From assembly GCA_965261685.1 (NCBI GenBank), contig CBDHDI010000027.1:344808-408807 (forward strand): a stretch of 64,000 nt of DNA, read 5' to 3'. Source of the stretch: Dehalococcoidia bacterium. Lineage in GTDB: Bacteria > Chloroflexota > Dehalococcoidia > UBA2979. Below are positions 11,123-20,491 of this stretch, piece after piece (the stretch's first letter is position 1; each line of letters starts with the position of its first letter). Position numbers and translations under genes: made by a program. The notes beneath the pieces are model-generated. The model was given only the letters and a program-made list of their open reading frames with translations. It did not search any database and was not told the DNA's origin.

Positions 11123-11695
11123 ATGACACAGGTTCACGAAGCAGATGCCAGCCCGAGGGTGATCCCGAACCCGCGGAGTCTGGCCCCGGAAGCGCAGATG
11201 GCGTTTCAGTTGTTCCACGCGGCGTGGCAGGAGTTCACCTCGCTCGACCCGGTGACGGTCGACCTCTGCCGCCTGAAGTCGGCCAACCTCAACGACTGCA
11301 AGTGGTGAATCCCCGGTCGATCTGCTGCGGCGCAGCAGGATGGCATGGACGAGGAGATGGTCGCGAAGGTCCAGGACTTCGAGGCCTCTGACCTGACGGA
11401 GAAGACGAAGCTGGCGCTGCGCTTCACGGAGCGCTGGGTGGCCGCGCACGCGCAGGGCATCGACGGCGAGCTCCTGGAGCAGATGCGCGAGCACTACACG
11501 GACGAGCAGATCATCGAGCTGGCGTTGATCGTCGGCCGCTACGACACGGCGCATCGCTTCAACGTGGCGTTCGGGCTCGAGCGCGAGCTGGACGACTTCT
11601 ACAGCTTCGGCGGCCCGAAGATCCCGAAGCTGCTTGAGGACGCCCTCGAGACCCTGCGCGAGGCGCACCGGGAGCGCACGGCCCGCGAGGGGTAG
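11123..11695 (+). CDS. AhpD/carboxymuconolactone-decarboxylase-family protein interrupted by in-frame TGA (11306-11308) at the second Cys position of the CxxC motif (C-K-W-U): candidate selenoprotein, alternatively a pseudogene
   Basis: ORFs 11123-11308 and 11345-11695 are in the same frame; flanking sequence matches the CMD pattern (RLKSANLNDCKW[TGA]...EKTKLALRFTERWV); no other stop in frame. Confidence 0.55.
11322..11338 (+). promoter_or_regulatory. candidate SECIS-like stem-loop (ctgctgc-ggc-gcagcag) 13 nt downstream of the in-frame UGA
   Basis: Perfect 7-bp GC-rich inverted repeat with a G-containing apical loop at the spacing expected for bacterial SECIS. Confidence 0.35.
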
Positions 11696-11872
11696 CCGCT
11701 GGCGCGGGCGGGCGTATGGGCATGCCTGGGCTCGCCGGCGGCGGGATCCGGGCTCGTGTTGCGTGAGATCGTCCGGAGCACGACCTGAGGCTGGGGAATT
11801 GGCGACCGCGTCGCAGTTCATTGCTGCTGCGACCCATCTGCGTCACCCCAGCACGATGCCTGAGCAGCAGCG

Positions 11873-12790
11873 CTACCAGTGCCGGTTCGGCTGGTTCCAG
11901 TACTGGCTCTCCGGGTCGTCTGCCGCCGCGATCAGGCCGCTGATGTAGTCGGCGAAGTGGGTGCCGTCATCAATGAGGGCGAGCGCCTCCAACTGGGTCT
12001 CCATGCACTCGACTTCGGCGACCTTGCCGGAGCTTACGCGACCTTCAGCGTGCTGATTGCTGTGGCACGCGTCGTGAACAATCGTGCCGGCCAGCCACAC
12101 GACCTGTACTGCCCTGGAGAAGCCCGGCGCGAACGCGGTCTGGTCGCCCACGAGAAAGGTCCTGGAGAACACATCCATCCTCGAGCCGGTGCGCACGGAT
12201 CGGATCGTCGTGATCGCCTCGTGCACGCGGACGAACGCCGCCGGTGCGCGCTCGGCGATGAGTTGGAGCGCCGACAGCACCTGTGAGGTGAACTGATCGG
12301 AGCCGACGATTCTCGGCCAATCCTCCAGCGGGATCGGTAGGGGATCGGCCGGCGCGGTCGCTGTTGCGCTCGGGCTGGGCGTGGCGGTCGGGCTGGGTGT
12401 GGCGGTCGGGCTGGGTGTGGCGGTCGGGCTGGGTGTGGCGGTCGGGCTGGGTGTGGCGGTCGGGCTGGGTGTGGCGGTCGGGCTGGGTGTGGCGGTCGGG
12501 CTGGGTGTGGCGGTCGGGCTGGGTGTGGCGGTCGGGCTGGGTGTGGCCGTGGGGCTGGGTGTGGCGGTAGGGCCTGGCGTGGCGGTGGGGCTGGGTGTAG
12601 CCGTGGGGCTGGGTGTGGCGGTAGGAGCGGCCGTCCGACTGGGCCCGGACTCCGACACGGGTGGAGTCTCGGCCGTAGTTGGTGCGGTACCACCACTACA
12701 AGCAGCGGCGAGGGCCAGGGCAAGCAGAGCAAGCGCGACAAGTATCGCGCTTACAGGGATCCGCGATCTCAACCGACGGGTGGTCCGCAT
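11873..12790 (-). CDS. secreted lipoprotein with (TATPSP)n linker and C-terminal domain of unknown function
   Basis: Signal peptide plus lipobox (LALAAACSG), 14x TATPSP repeat, conserved-looking C-terminal domain (HDACHSNQH). Confidence 0.65.
   Translation of the reverse strand: MRTTRRLRSRIPVSAILVALALLALALAAACSGGTAPTTAETPPVSESGPSRTAAPTATPSPTATPSPTATPGPTATPSPTATPSPTATPSPTATPSPTATPSPTATPSPTATPSPTATPSPTATPSPTATPSPTATPSPSATATAPADPLPIPLEDWPRIVGSDQFTSQVLSALQLIAERAPAAFVRVHEAITTIRSVRTGSRMDVFSRTFLVGDQTAFAPGFSRAVQVVWLAGTIVHDACHSNQHAEGRVSSGKVAEVECMETQLEALALIDDGTHFADYISGLIAAADDPESQYWNQPNRHW
12364..12620. repeat. 18-bp tandem repeat (gggctgggtgtggcggtc) about 14 copies, encoding the TATPSP linker on the minus strand
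   Basis: Directly visible perfect or near-perfect tandem copies. Confidence 0.9.
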
Positions 12791-12981
12791 GCACGCAGTA
12801 TCATGCGAGCAGCGACTGCTTCACCAGATCCGCGAACGCTACGACGTTGCGCGGCCCGCGAGGGGTAGCGCGCGAACTCAGGCAGGCCCCTCGGCGAAGG
12901 TGGCGAGGAGGGCCGTAAGGCTCGCTGCGAATGGCGCCTCCGGGTATTGACGCCGAGAGGCGGGACCGTCCTGATGACCAC

Positions 12982-14379
12982 ATGACGCGCGAGCACGGGG
13001 CGGTCGCGACGGCGAACGCCGGCGACAACGGCGCCCCGTCCGTCGCGGCGCCTCCGCCGCGCAGGCCGGGCGGGCGCATCTTCTTCGGCTGGTACATCGT
13101 CGCGGGCGGATTCCTGCTCTCCGCGCTCCTCGGCGGGTTGATGTTCCACGCCTTCGGGCAGTACGTCGTGGTGTTCGAGGAAGAGTTCGGCTGGAGCCGC
13201 ACGGCGCTCTCCATCGCCTTCTCGATCCAGATGGTGGAGTCCGGCCTGCTCGGCCCCCTCCAGGGCTGGGCGCTCGACAGGTTCGGTCCGAGGCGGATCA
13301 TGCTGATCGGGATCACGATCTTCGGCATCGGCTTCCTCCTGCTGAGCCAGATCAACACGCTCATCGAGTTCTACCTCGCCTTCATCGTGATCGCGCTCGG
13401 CCTGAGCGTCGGCGCGGGCATGGGTGTCGCCGTCGCGGTCGTGAACTGGTTCAACCGCAAGCGTGCGCTGGCGATGGCGATCGCGACCATGGGATTCGCC
13501 GTCGGCGGTCTCCTTCAGCCGGGCGTCGCGTGGGCGCTCGAGCACATCGGCTGGCGCGAGACCGCGATGCTCTCCGGGCTGATCGTGATCGTCACCGGGC
13601 TCCCGCTCGCGGGGCTGATGCGCCACCGCCCCGGCCAGTACGGCTACCGCGCCGACGGCGACCCGCCGCGCCAGGGCATAGCCGGTAGCGGTGCGATGTC
13701 CGACTACGACCCGGACGAGATCAACTTCACGTGGCAGGAGGCGCTGCGGACGCGCGCGTTCTGGCTGATCTCGATCGGTCACGCCGCCTCGCTGCTCGTC
13801 GTCGGCGCCGTGATGGTGCACTTCGTCTCCCACGTCACGGACAGCCTCGGCTACTCGCTGAGCGAGGCGGCGAACCTGCTGCTCGTGATCACGGTGACGA
13901 CCGTGATCGGCATGCTCGTCGGCGGCTACCTCGGCGACCGCCTCCCGATGCGCCACATCCTCGCGGTGGCGATGATCGGACACATGACGTCGCTGCTCGT
14001 GCTGACGCTGTGGACCTCGGTCTGGGGAGCCGTCGCCTTCACCGTGATCCACGGGCTCTCGTTCGGGTCGCGGGGTCCGCTCACGCAGGCGATCCGCGCC
14101 GAGTATTTTGGCCGCGCCGCGTTCGGCACGGTCATGGGCTTCTCGTCGTTGATCATCGTCCTGGGGATGGTGCTCGGCCCGATCGTGGCCGGGCTGAGTT
14201 ACGACCTCACGGGCTCCTACCGAACCGGCTTCATCGCCCTCGCGCTCGTCGCGGGCCTTGGCTCGTTCGCCTTCCTCGCCTCCACGCGCCCGCCTCCGCC
14301 GCCGTCGCTGCGATCGCCTGTGACGGCTCTCGCGGGCTCAGTCAGCCCCCTCGGCGAGCGAGACGAGGAGCGCCGGTAG
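12982..14379 (+). CDS. MFS transporter (oxalate:formate antiporter-like)
   Basis: 12-TM organisation, MFS loop motifs; ATG at 12982 (alternative 12931). Confidence 0.8.
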   Translation: MTREHGAVATANAGDNGAPSVAAPPPRRPGGRIFFGWYIVAGGFLLSALLGGLMFHAFGQYVVVFEEEFGWSRTALSIAFSIQMVESGLLGPLQGWALDRFGPRRIMLIGITIFGIGFLLLSQINTLIEFYLAFIVIALGLSVGAGMGVAVAVVNWFNRKRALAMAIATMGFAVGGLLQPGVAWALEHIGWRETAMLSGLIVIVTGLPLAGLMRHRPGQYGYRADGDPPRQGIAGSGAMSDYDPDEINFTWQEALRTRAFWLISIGHAASLLVVGAVMVHFVSHVTDSLGYSLSEAANLLLVITVTTVIGMLVGGYLGDRLPMRHILAVAMIGHMTSLLVLTLWTSVWGAVAFTVIHGLSFGSRGPLTQAIRAEYFGRAAFGTVMGFSSLIIVLGMVLGPIVAGLSYDLTGSYRTGFIALALVAGLGSFAFLASTRPPPPPSLRSPVTALAGSVSPLGERDEERR

Positions 14380-15045
14380 CTCCGTCAACGCCTCGATGCG
14401 GTGCGCGCCTTCGGGCAGCGGGTTGCCGTCGCCGAAGCGGTCGATCCAGACCGCCGTGAGCCCGGCACTGAGCGCGCCCTGCACGTCGGCGATCAGGCTG
14501 TCGCCGACGTGGGCCGTCGTCGCGGCGTCCGCTTCGAGGGCATCGAGGCCGCGCTCGAAGGCCGCGGCTGCCGGCTTCTTGGTCTCGCCGAACACCGTCA
14601 CCACGTCGTCGAAGTAGTGCGCGAAGCCCATGCGCCGCAGCACGGACTCAGGCATCGGCCCGTTGGTGAGCACCCCCAGCGCGTAGTGCTCGCGCAGCTG
14701 CTCGAGGGCGGGATAGACATCGGCAAAGGGGACGGCGTCGAGCAGCTCGCGGAAGCGCGCGATCAGGGCGTCGAGGGGGCGCTGCGGAACCTCGGGCAGC
14801 ACCGCGCGCCAGACCGGCATCGGGTCGACATCGATCCAGTAGTGCCGCCGCTCGACGATGCGCCCGTCGCGGCGATCGATGAGCTGCTCGTCGATCGCGC
14901 GCCAGATGCGCGTATCGAGGTCGCCGCGCAACTCCTCGGGCAGCATCTCGGGCACCTCGGACATGAGCTCGGCGAGGGCGCGGGCGATCCCCGCCTCCCA
15001 GTCGCGCAGCGTCCCGTCGAGGTCGAACAGCAGCGTGTCGATCAT
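14338..15045 (-). CDS. HAD-superfamily hydrolase
   Basis: Motif I FDLDGTL and downstream HAD motifs. Confidence 0.8.
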   Translation of the reverse strand: MIDTLLFDLDGTLRDWEAGIARALAELMSEVPEMLPEELRGDLDTRIWRAIDEQLIDRRDGRIVERRHYWIDVDPMPVWRAVLPEVPQRPLDALIARFRELLDAVPFADVYPALEQLREHYALGVLTNGPMPESVLRRMGFAHYFDDVVTVFGETKKPAAAAFERGLDALEADAATTAHVGDSLIADVQGALSAGLTAVWIDRFGDGNPLPEGAHRIEALTELPALLVSLAEGAD

Positions 15046-15105
15046 CGGGCGCCACGATAGCGGGGATCGGCGCAGCGGTCAGGACACCCGCGGTCTTCGA
15101 TGCGT

Positions 15106-16293
15106 TTATCCGGCGGGGGCGGCCGCGTCCGCGGGCTCGGCCCGGATCTTCGGTGGCGGCTTGCGAGAGCTGAGGAGCAGCACGGCGCCGAGCGCCAGGA
15201 CGATGGCGAGGGTGAAGAACGCGCCGTTGTAGTCGCCGACCGAATCGAAGTAGACCCCGGTGAGGATCGGGCCCGTCACGGCGATCACTACGCTGATCGG
15301 GAATCCGGTGCTGCGCACTGCGCCGATGTGGCGGCGTCCGAAGTACCAGGCCCACACGAAGTCGAAGAGCGGGAACATCCCGCCGACTCCGAAGCCGAAG
15401 AGCGCGAACACCACCAGCAGGGCGCCGAGCGAGGCGTCCGCTGCCGGAATCAGCAGCGCCAGGGAGATGCCCATCATCGCGATAGCCAGCGCGGTCAAGG
15501 TGCGCGGCGCGCGCGTTTGCATCGCCCACGCCCAGAAGAACTTCGAGGCCATCGCCACGCCGCCCTGCACCGCGAATGCAAAGGCGGCCTGGGAGCGCGT
15601 GTAGCCGACATCGGTCATGAACGGGATCACGTGCGAGTACACGGACGCCACGCCTGCCACGGCGAGCGCGAACCCGAGGACCAGGAGCCACATCGCCCTC
15701 GTGCGCAGCGCCTCGCCTCGCGTGTACGAGTTGGCGTAGTCGCTCCGCAGCTCCTCCATCTGCGCGAGTTCGCGCACGGTCTGCTCCTCGTCGCCGGTCT
15801 TGCCGTCGGGGAGCAGGCCGTAGTCCTCGGGCTGCCTGCGCATCACGAGCGAGCAGGGGAGCATCAGCACGAGGGTGGCGATGCCCATCACCACCCATCC
15901 GGACTCCCAGCCCCAGCGATCGACGATCCCAGTGAGGGCGAGCGGCGGGATCACGCCGCCGAGCGAGCTTCCGAGCGAGGCCAGCGCGATCACGCGCCCG
16001 CGGTTGATGACGAACCACTTTGAGAGCGTGGTGTTGACGACGAACGGCCCGAGCATGAAGAGACCGACCTGCGTCAGGGCGCCCCGCACGAGGATGAACT
16101 GCCACAGCGACTCGATCTGCGAGACGGCCACCAGCGCGATCCCGCCAACGACGGTGCCAACCAGCATGATCGGCCGCGCACCGTAGCGGTCGATCAGCGG
16201 GCCGAAGAAGACCCCGCTGATCCCGCCGATGCCGAACCCCAGCGAGGACGCCAGCACGAACTCGGAGCGTGTCCAGCCGAGGTCCTCGGTCAT
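15106..16293 (-). CDS. MFS transporter; TM1 is encoded in-frame upstream (to about 16424) but without a canonical start codon
   Basis: MFS topology; upstream in-frame translation gives YWGWWIFAAAIVGQFVTIGFAAQVTGVFL (TM1) preceded by an in-frame TGA and no ATG/GTG/TTG; ATG at 16431-16433 is in another frame. Confidence 0.7.
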   Translation of the reverse strand: MTEDLGWTRSEFVLASSLGFGIGGISGVFFGPLIDRYGARPIMLVGTVVGGIALVAVSQIESLWQFILVRGALTQVGLFMLGPFVVNTTLSKWFVINRGRVIALASLGSSLGGVIPPLALTGIVDRWGWESGWVVMGIATLVLMLPCSLVMRRQPEDYGLLPDGKTGDEEQTVRELAQMEELRSDYANSYTRGEALRTRAMWLLVLGFALAVAGVASVYSHVIPFMTDVGYTRSQAAFAFAVQGGVAMASKFFWAWAMQTRAPRTLTALAIAMMGISLALLIPAADASLGALLVVFALFGFGVGGMFPLFDFVWAWYFGRRHIGAVRSTGFPISVVIAVTGPILTGVYFDSVGDYNGAFFTLAIVLALGAVLLLSSRKPPPKIRAEPADAAAPAG

Positions 16294-16463
16294 CGGCTTG
16301 AGGAAGACACCCGTGACCTGTGCGGCGAAGCCGATCGTGACGAACTGCCCGACGATCGCGGCCGCGAAGATCCACCAGCCCCAGTAGATGCGGGGGCGGC
16401 GTGTCGCCGCTGTCAGCGCGATCCGCCGGTCATGTGCGCTCCTTCACGAGGCAGCACCGCATG

Positions 16464-17291
16464 CTAGTCCTCCCCCAGACCCCAGGCGATGCCGTTGCGC
16501 AGCAGCGTGCGGAAGCCCTCGGTCTCCCATGAGCCGAGGAGCTTGAGAGGCGGCTTGCCGTCGGCCGCAACGTTCTCGTGCACGAGGCGCTGGCTGTTCG
16601 TCGTCGGCGTGTGGCAGTGCCCGAGCGTCGTGTAGGCGACCGCGCCCGTGCCGAGTTCGCGCACGAAGGCAATCGCACGACGCGTGCTGCCGCCGTTCGG
16701 GAGCAGCGTCGTGTCGCGCTCGAAGTAGAAACCGGTCGGCGCCCCGGGCTGCACCTCGCCCCAGTCGGCGGTGAGCAGCAGCTGGCTGCGCTCCGGCGCC
16801 TGCAGTTCGACCATGTACGGCTCGTCGATCGTCTCGAAGGACTCCGGCAGGCCGCGCGTGAGCGGGTGCTGCGCGTCCACGAGGTCGACACGGAACTTGC
16901 GGATCGGCGGGTGGCTGAGGAAGAAGCCGCCGAGCGTCTCGTGGTAGGGCATCTTCACCATCTCGCGCTTGCTCGAGTCGGGCCGGCGCACGGCCTTGCC
17001 GCCGCTGCTGCCGTGCAGCGCCAGCCAGCGGCCCCCGGCCTCGAGCCACTGGCGCAGCACCGTATTGCCGTGCTCATCGGCGAAGGGGCCGGCGACGTAG
17101 GTGACGAGCAGGCGGCACTCGGGCAGCCACTTCTCGATGTCCGTGTAGTCCCCGGATACCGAGGTGTGCACGTGGTCCCGCTCCTTGAGCTGCTCGAGGA
17201 TGCGCAGCCGCGCGTAGTCGTGGTCGTGTCCGGCGGGCTTGCCGGGCGGGAAGCCCCCGGCGATCACGTGTGCTCGGATCGGCTCGTTCAT
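16464..17291 (-). CDS. ThuA-like (type-1 glutamine-amidotransferase-like, trehalose-utilisation) protein
   Basis: Characteristic ThuA-family sequence pattern along the whole length. Confidence 0.75.
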   Translation of the reverse strand: MNEPIRAHVIAGGFPPGKPAGHDHDYARLRILEQLKERDHVHTSVSGDYTDIEKWLPECRLLVTYVAGPFADEHGNTVLRQWLEAGGRWLALHGSSGGKAVRRPDSSKREMVKMPYHETLGGFFLSHPPIRKFRVDLVDAQHPLTRGLPESFETIDEPYMVELQAPERSQLLLTADWGEVQPGAPTGFYFERDTTLLPNGGSTRRAIAFVRELGTGAVAYTTLGHCHTPTTNSQRLVHENVAADGKPPLKLLGSWETEGFRTLLRNGIAWGLGED

Positions 17292-17322
17292 CTGCTGCTC
17301 CCTCCGGCGCTGCCCCCAAGCG

Positions 17323-18162
17323 TCAGTCGAGCGGATCCCGGTCCGAGCGATCGAAGGCGCCGAGCAGCTCGCGCGCGTCCGCCTCGATGACCTCTCGTCG
17401 GTCCGGGTGGGTGATCACGTAGAACTGGTTCTCGCGGATCGCGCGCAGCACGTGGCGTCCGACTTCCAGCGGGCCGATCGAGCGCGATCGGGCGAGGCGG
17501 TCCGGCCACTCGTAGGTCTCGGGCCCGCCGCGCTCGGCCGGGCGGTTGCGCGCGGCCTGCCAGATGCCGGTGTCGACGCCGCCGGGGCAAAGCACGGACA
17601 CGCCGATGCCGCTCCCGGCCAGCTCGCCGCGCAGGTTCCGGCTCATGCTCACCACCGCGAACTTCGACGCGATGTAGGCGCTGATCCCCCACCCGTCACC
17701 CGCGATCAGGCCGCCGATCGACGCGGTGTTGACCACGTGCGCTTCGCCGCCCCGCTCGCCGACCCGGGCGCGCATGCGCGGCACGAAGGCGTTGATCACG
17801 TGCACGACGCCGAGGACGTTCACGTCCAGGATCCAGCGCCAGTTGTCGAGGCTGTCCGGTCCGATCGGGGTGGGGCCGAGGACTCCGGCGTTGTTGCAGA
17901 GCACGTCTACGCCGCCGTGCTGCTCATCGCAGCGTGCGGCGAGCGCCTCGACGGCTGCCGGGTCGGTGACGTCGATGGTCTCCGCGCTCGCTTCGCCGCC
18001 TGCGTCGGCGATCTCTGTCGCGACCGCCGAGGCGGCGTCGGGCTCGATGTCGGCGACCACCACGCGCATGCTCTCGCCGGCGAGCGTGAGGGCGATCCCG
18101 CGGCCGATGCCGCTGCCTCCCCCGGTTACGAGCGCCACGCGGCCGTCCAGCTCCAGCACCAT
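17323..18162 (-). CDS. SDR-family NAD(P)-dependent oxidoreductase (paralogue A)
   Basis: TGGGSGIG Rossmann motif, NNAG, catalytic YxxxK (YIASK). Confidence 0.85.
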   Translation of the reverse strand: MVLELDGRVALVTGGGSGIGRGIALTLAGESMRVVVADIEPDAASAVATEIADAGGEASAETIDVTDPAAVEALAARCDEQHGGVDVLCNNAGVLGPTPIGPDSLDNWRWILDVNVLGVVHVINAFVPRMRARVGERGGEAHVVNTASIGGLIAGDGWGISAYIASKFAVVSMSRNLRGELAGSGIGVSVLCPGGVDTGIWQAARNRPAERGGPETYEWPDRLARSRSIGPLEVGRHVLRAIRENQFYVITHPDRREVIEADARELLGAFDRSDRDPLD

Positions 18163-18240
18163 GCACCTCCGAACTCCGAACTCGCAGGGGCACTATACGG
18201 GCCGCATGGGGCGCGGCAGCGGCCTGCGGCGCGGCGAGCG

Positions 18241-19080
18241 TCAGTCCAGCGGCTCGCGCTCGGATCGATCGAAGGCGCCGAGCAGTTCGCCCGAGGCTTC
18301 CTCGATCTGCTCGCGCCGCTCGGTGTGGGTGATGATGTAGAGTGCGTCCTCGCGGATCGCGCGCAGCACGTGGCGGCCGACCACCAGCGGGTCGAGCACG
18401 CGGGCGGGCAGGAGTCGGTCCGGCCGCTCGTACGTGTCGGGGCCGCCGCGCTCTGCGGGCCGGTTGCGCCCGGCCTCCCAGATGCGCGTGTCGACGCCGC
18501 CGGGGCAGAGCACGGAGACGCCGATGCCGCTCCCGGCCAGCTCGCCGCGCAGGTTCCGGCTCATGCTCACGACGGCGAACTTCGAGGCGCCGTAGGCGCT
18601 GTGGGCCCACCCGTCGCCCGCCCGCAGTCCGGCCATCGACGCGGTGTTGACCACGTGCGCCTCGCCGCCCGTGTCGCCGACTCGGGCGACCATCCGAGGC
18701 ACGAAGGCGTTGATCACGTGCGCCACGCCGAGGATGTTGACGTCGACGATCCAGCGCCAGTTGTCGACGCTCTCGGGACCGAGCGGTGTCGGACCGATCA
18801 CGCCGGCGTTGTTGCAGAGCACGTCCACGCCACCGTGCCGCTCGAAGCAGCGCTCGGCCAGCGCCTCGACGGCGGCGGGGTCGGTGACGTCGACGCTGTC
18901 CGCGCTCGCCTCGCCTCCCGCGTCGGCGATCTCCGCCGCGACCGCCTCGGCGGCGTCCAACTCGATGTCGGCGACCACGACGCGCATACCCGCGCCGGCG
19001 AGCGCGAGCGCGATCCCGCGTCCGATGCCACTGCCTCCGCCGGTCACGAGGGCCACCCGGCCGTCCAGCTCCCGCATCAT
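18241..19080 (-). CDS. SDR-family NAD(P)-dependent oxidoreductase (paralogue B)
   Basis: About 75% identical to paralogue A by eye; same motifs. Confidence 0.85.
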   Translation of the reverse strand: MMRELDGRVALVTGGGSGIGRGIALALAGAGMRVVVADIELDAAEAVAAEIADAGGEASADSVDVTDPAAVEALAERCFERHGGVDVLCNNAGVIGPTPLGPESVDNWRWIVDVNILGVAHVINAFVPRMVARVGDTGGEAHVVNTASMAGLRAGDGWAHSAYGASKFAVVSMSRNLRGELAGSGIGVSVLCPGGVDTRIWEAGRNRPAERGGPDTYERPDRLLPARVLDPLVVGRHVLRAIREDALYIITHTERREQIEEASGELLGAFDRSEREPLD

Positions 19081-19146
19081 CCACCTCCGAGTCCGGAACC
19101 CACGGGGGCACTATACGGGCGGCGAGGAGCCGCTCGATGACTTCGG

Positions 19147-20421
19147 TCAGCGCGCTCTTCGCTGCAGCGGGTTGCCTGTGGCAGCCACATACAGGGCCCA
19201 CGCACCCGCCAGCAGCGCGGCTCCGACGAGGAACCCTCCCTGGAAGCCGATTCTGGCGGCAATCAGGAAGCCCGTGAGCGGGCCCAACGCCGCCCCCAGG
19301 TCCAACCACGTCGAGTACCTGCTCATCACGGCGGCGCGCCTGGAGTCGGGCGATGTTTCGCCTATGGACGCATCGAGTGTCGCGTTCACTCCGACGGATG
19401 CGATGAACAACAGCGGTATCCCTACGACTGCGGCAACCACGGAGTCAAATGCAACTATCAGCGCCAGCGAAGCCAGTATCGTGGCCATTCCGTAGGCGAT
19501 GGACGTCCGCCTGCCCACGCGGTCCGAGAGGTGCCCCAGCGGCACGCCCAGGCTGAGGTCGGAAAGCCACCTGAACCCAATCAGGAGGCCGGCAAGCGTG
19601 ACCACGGCGAGCGATCCTCCGAGTACCTTCTCATTCTCATCGGCGAATTCAGCGAGGTAAGGAGCCGTGGTAGCAATGGCCAGACCATTCGCCGCGAACG
19701 CCGTCGCGAAGCGCATCAAGCTAATCGAGAGCAGGCGGAACCTGAGCTTGCGCCCGTAGCCGGGCAGGCCGGATACAGCGAGGTCCCAGGGGTTCAGGCG
19801 GTTTCGCAAGCCTCCGCCCGAGGAGCGGATGCGCTCGGGCCTCAGGTCCGGGACGCGAGTGGCGATGATCACGCCGATCAGTCCGACGCCTGCCAGAGTT
19901 GCGAACGTCACCTCTCGTGAAGTGAGTTGGAACAGCATCGCGCCCGCCGTGACTGCGAGCAGGCTGCCGAGCCGCTGGCCGGAGTTGAAGAACCCCATCA
20001 GCCTGCCCCGCATCGCCGAGGTACCGACTCCAAACGCCGTCAGCTGCGCCGCGAGTCGCATGTGCGAGTACGCCACTCCCCAGACGGCACGGGCCAGGAG
20101 CAGCAGCACGAGACCGTTTCCCAGACCGTACGCAAGTGTGGTGAGGGAGCCGGTGGCGATGGAAGCAACGAACGGCCAACGCACACCAAACCGCTGGTAG
20201 ACGGAGGCAGCGAAGGCGTTGCTGATGAGGCGAATGAAGCGGTTGACGCTGAGTGCGAGCCCGATCCAGAAGGACGCGGCGAGGCCGAACTGGTCACCGG
20301 CCCCAAATTCCACCGCCGCCACAGGCAGGACGACGTACATCAGCGAGTCGCCCATGATCACCGCGGCGGTGGGGGCTACCGCAAACACCATCCCGGCCGG
20401 AACGATCGGTCTCATCCGCAT
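19147..20421 (-). CDS. MFS transporter
   Basis: 12-TM MFS pattern; start moved to internal ATG (20421) to remove overlap with the SDR gene. Confidence 0.75.
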   Translation of the reverse strand: MRMRPIVPAGMVFAVAPTAAVIMGDSLMYVVLPVAAVEFGAGDQFGLAASFWIGLALSVNRFIRLISNAFAASVYQRFGVRWPFVASIATGSLTTLAYGLGNGLVLLLLARAVWGVAYSHMRLAAQLTAFGVGTSAMRGRLMGFFNSGQRLGSLLAVTAGAMLFQLTSREVTFATLAGVGLIGVIIATRVPDLRPERIRSSGGGLRNRLNPWDLAVSGLPGYGRKLRFRLLSISLMRFATAFAANGLAIATTAPYLAEFADENEKVLGGSLAVVTLAGLLIGFRWLSDLSLGVPLGHLSDRVGRRTSIAYGMATILASLALIVAFDSVVAAVVGIPLLFIASVGVNATLDASIGETSPDSRRAAVMSRYSTWLDLGAALGPLTGFLIAARIGFQGGFLVGAALLAGAWALYVAATGNPLQRRAR

Positions 20422-20491
20422 GACTGGAGTATGCCAGTGGTGCAGATGGCCGACGCCCCGGAACGCATGGCGGAGTCCATGCGGGCGCGGG

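Noticed and set aside
12364-12620. Tandem repeat considered as a CRISPR array
   Set aside because: Units are contiguous 18-mers with no spacers, lie in-frame inside a lipoprotein gene, and no cas genes are nearby.
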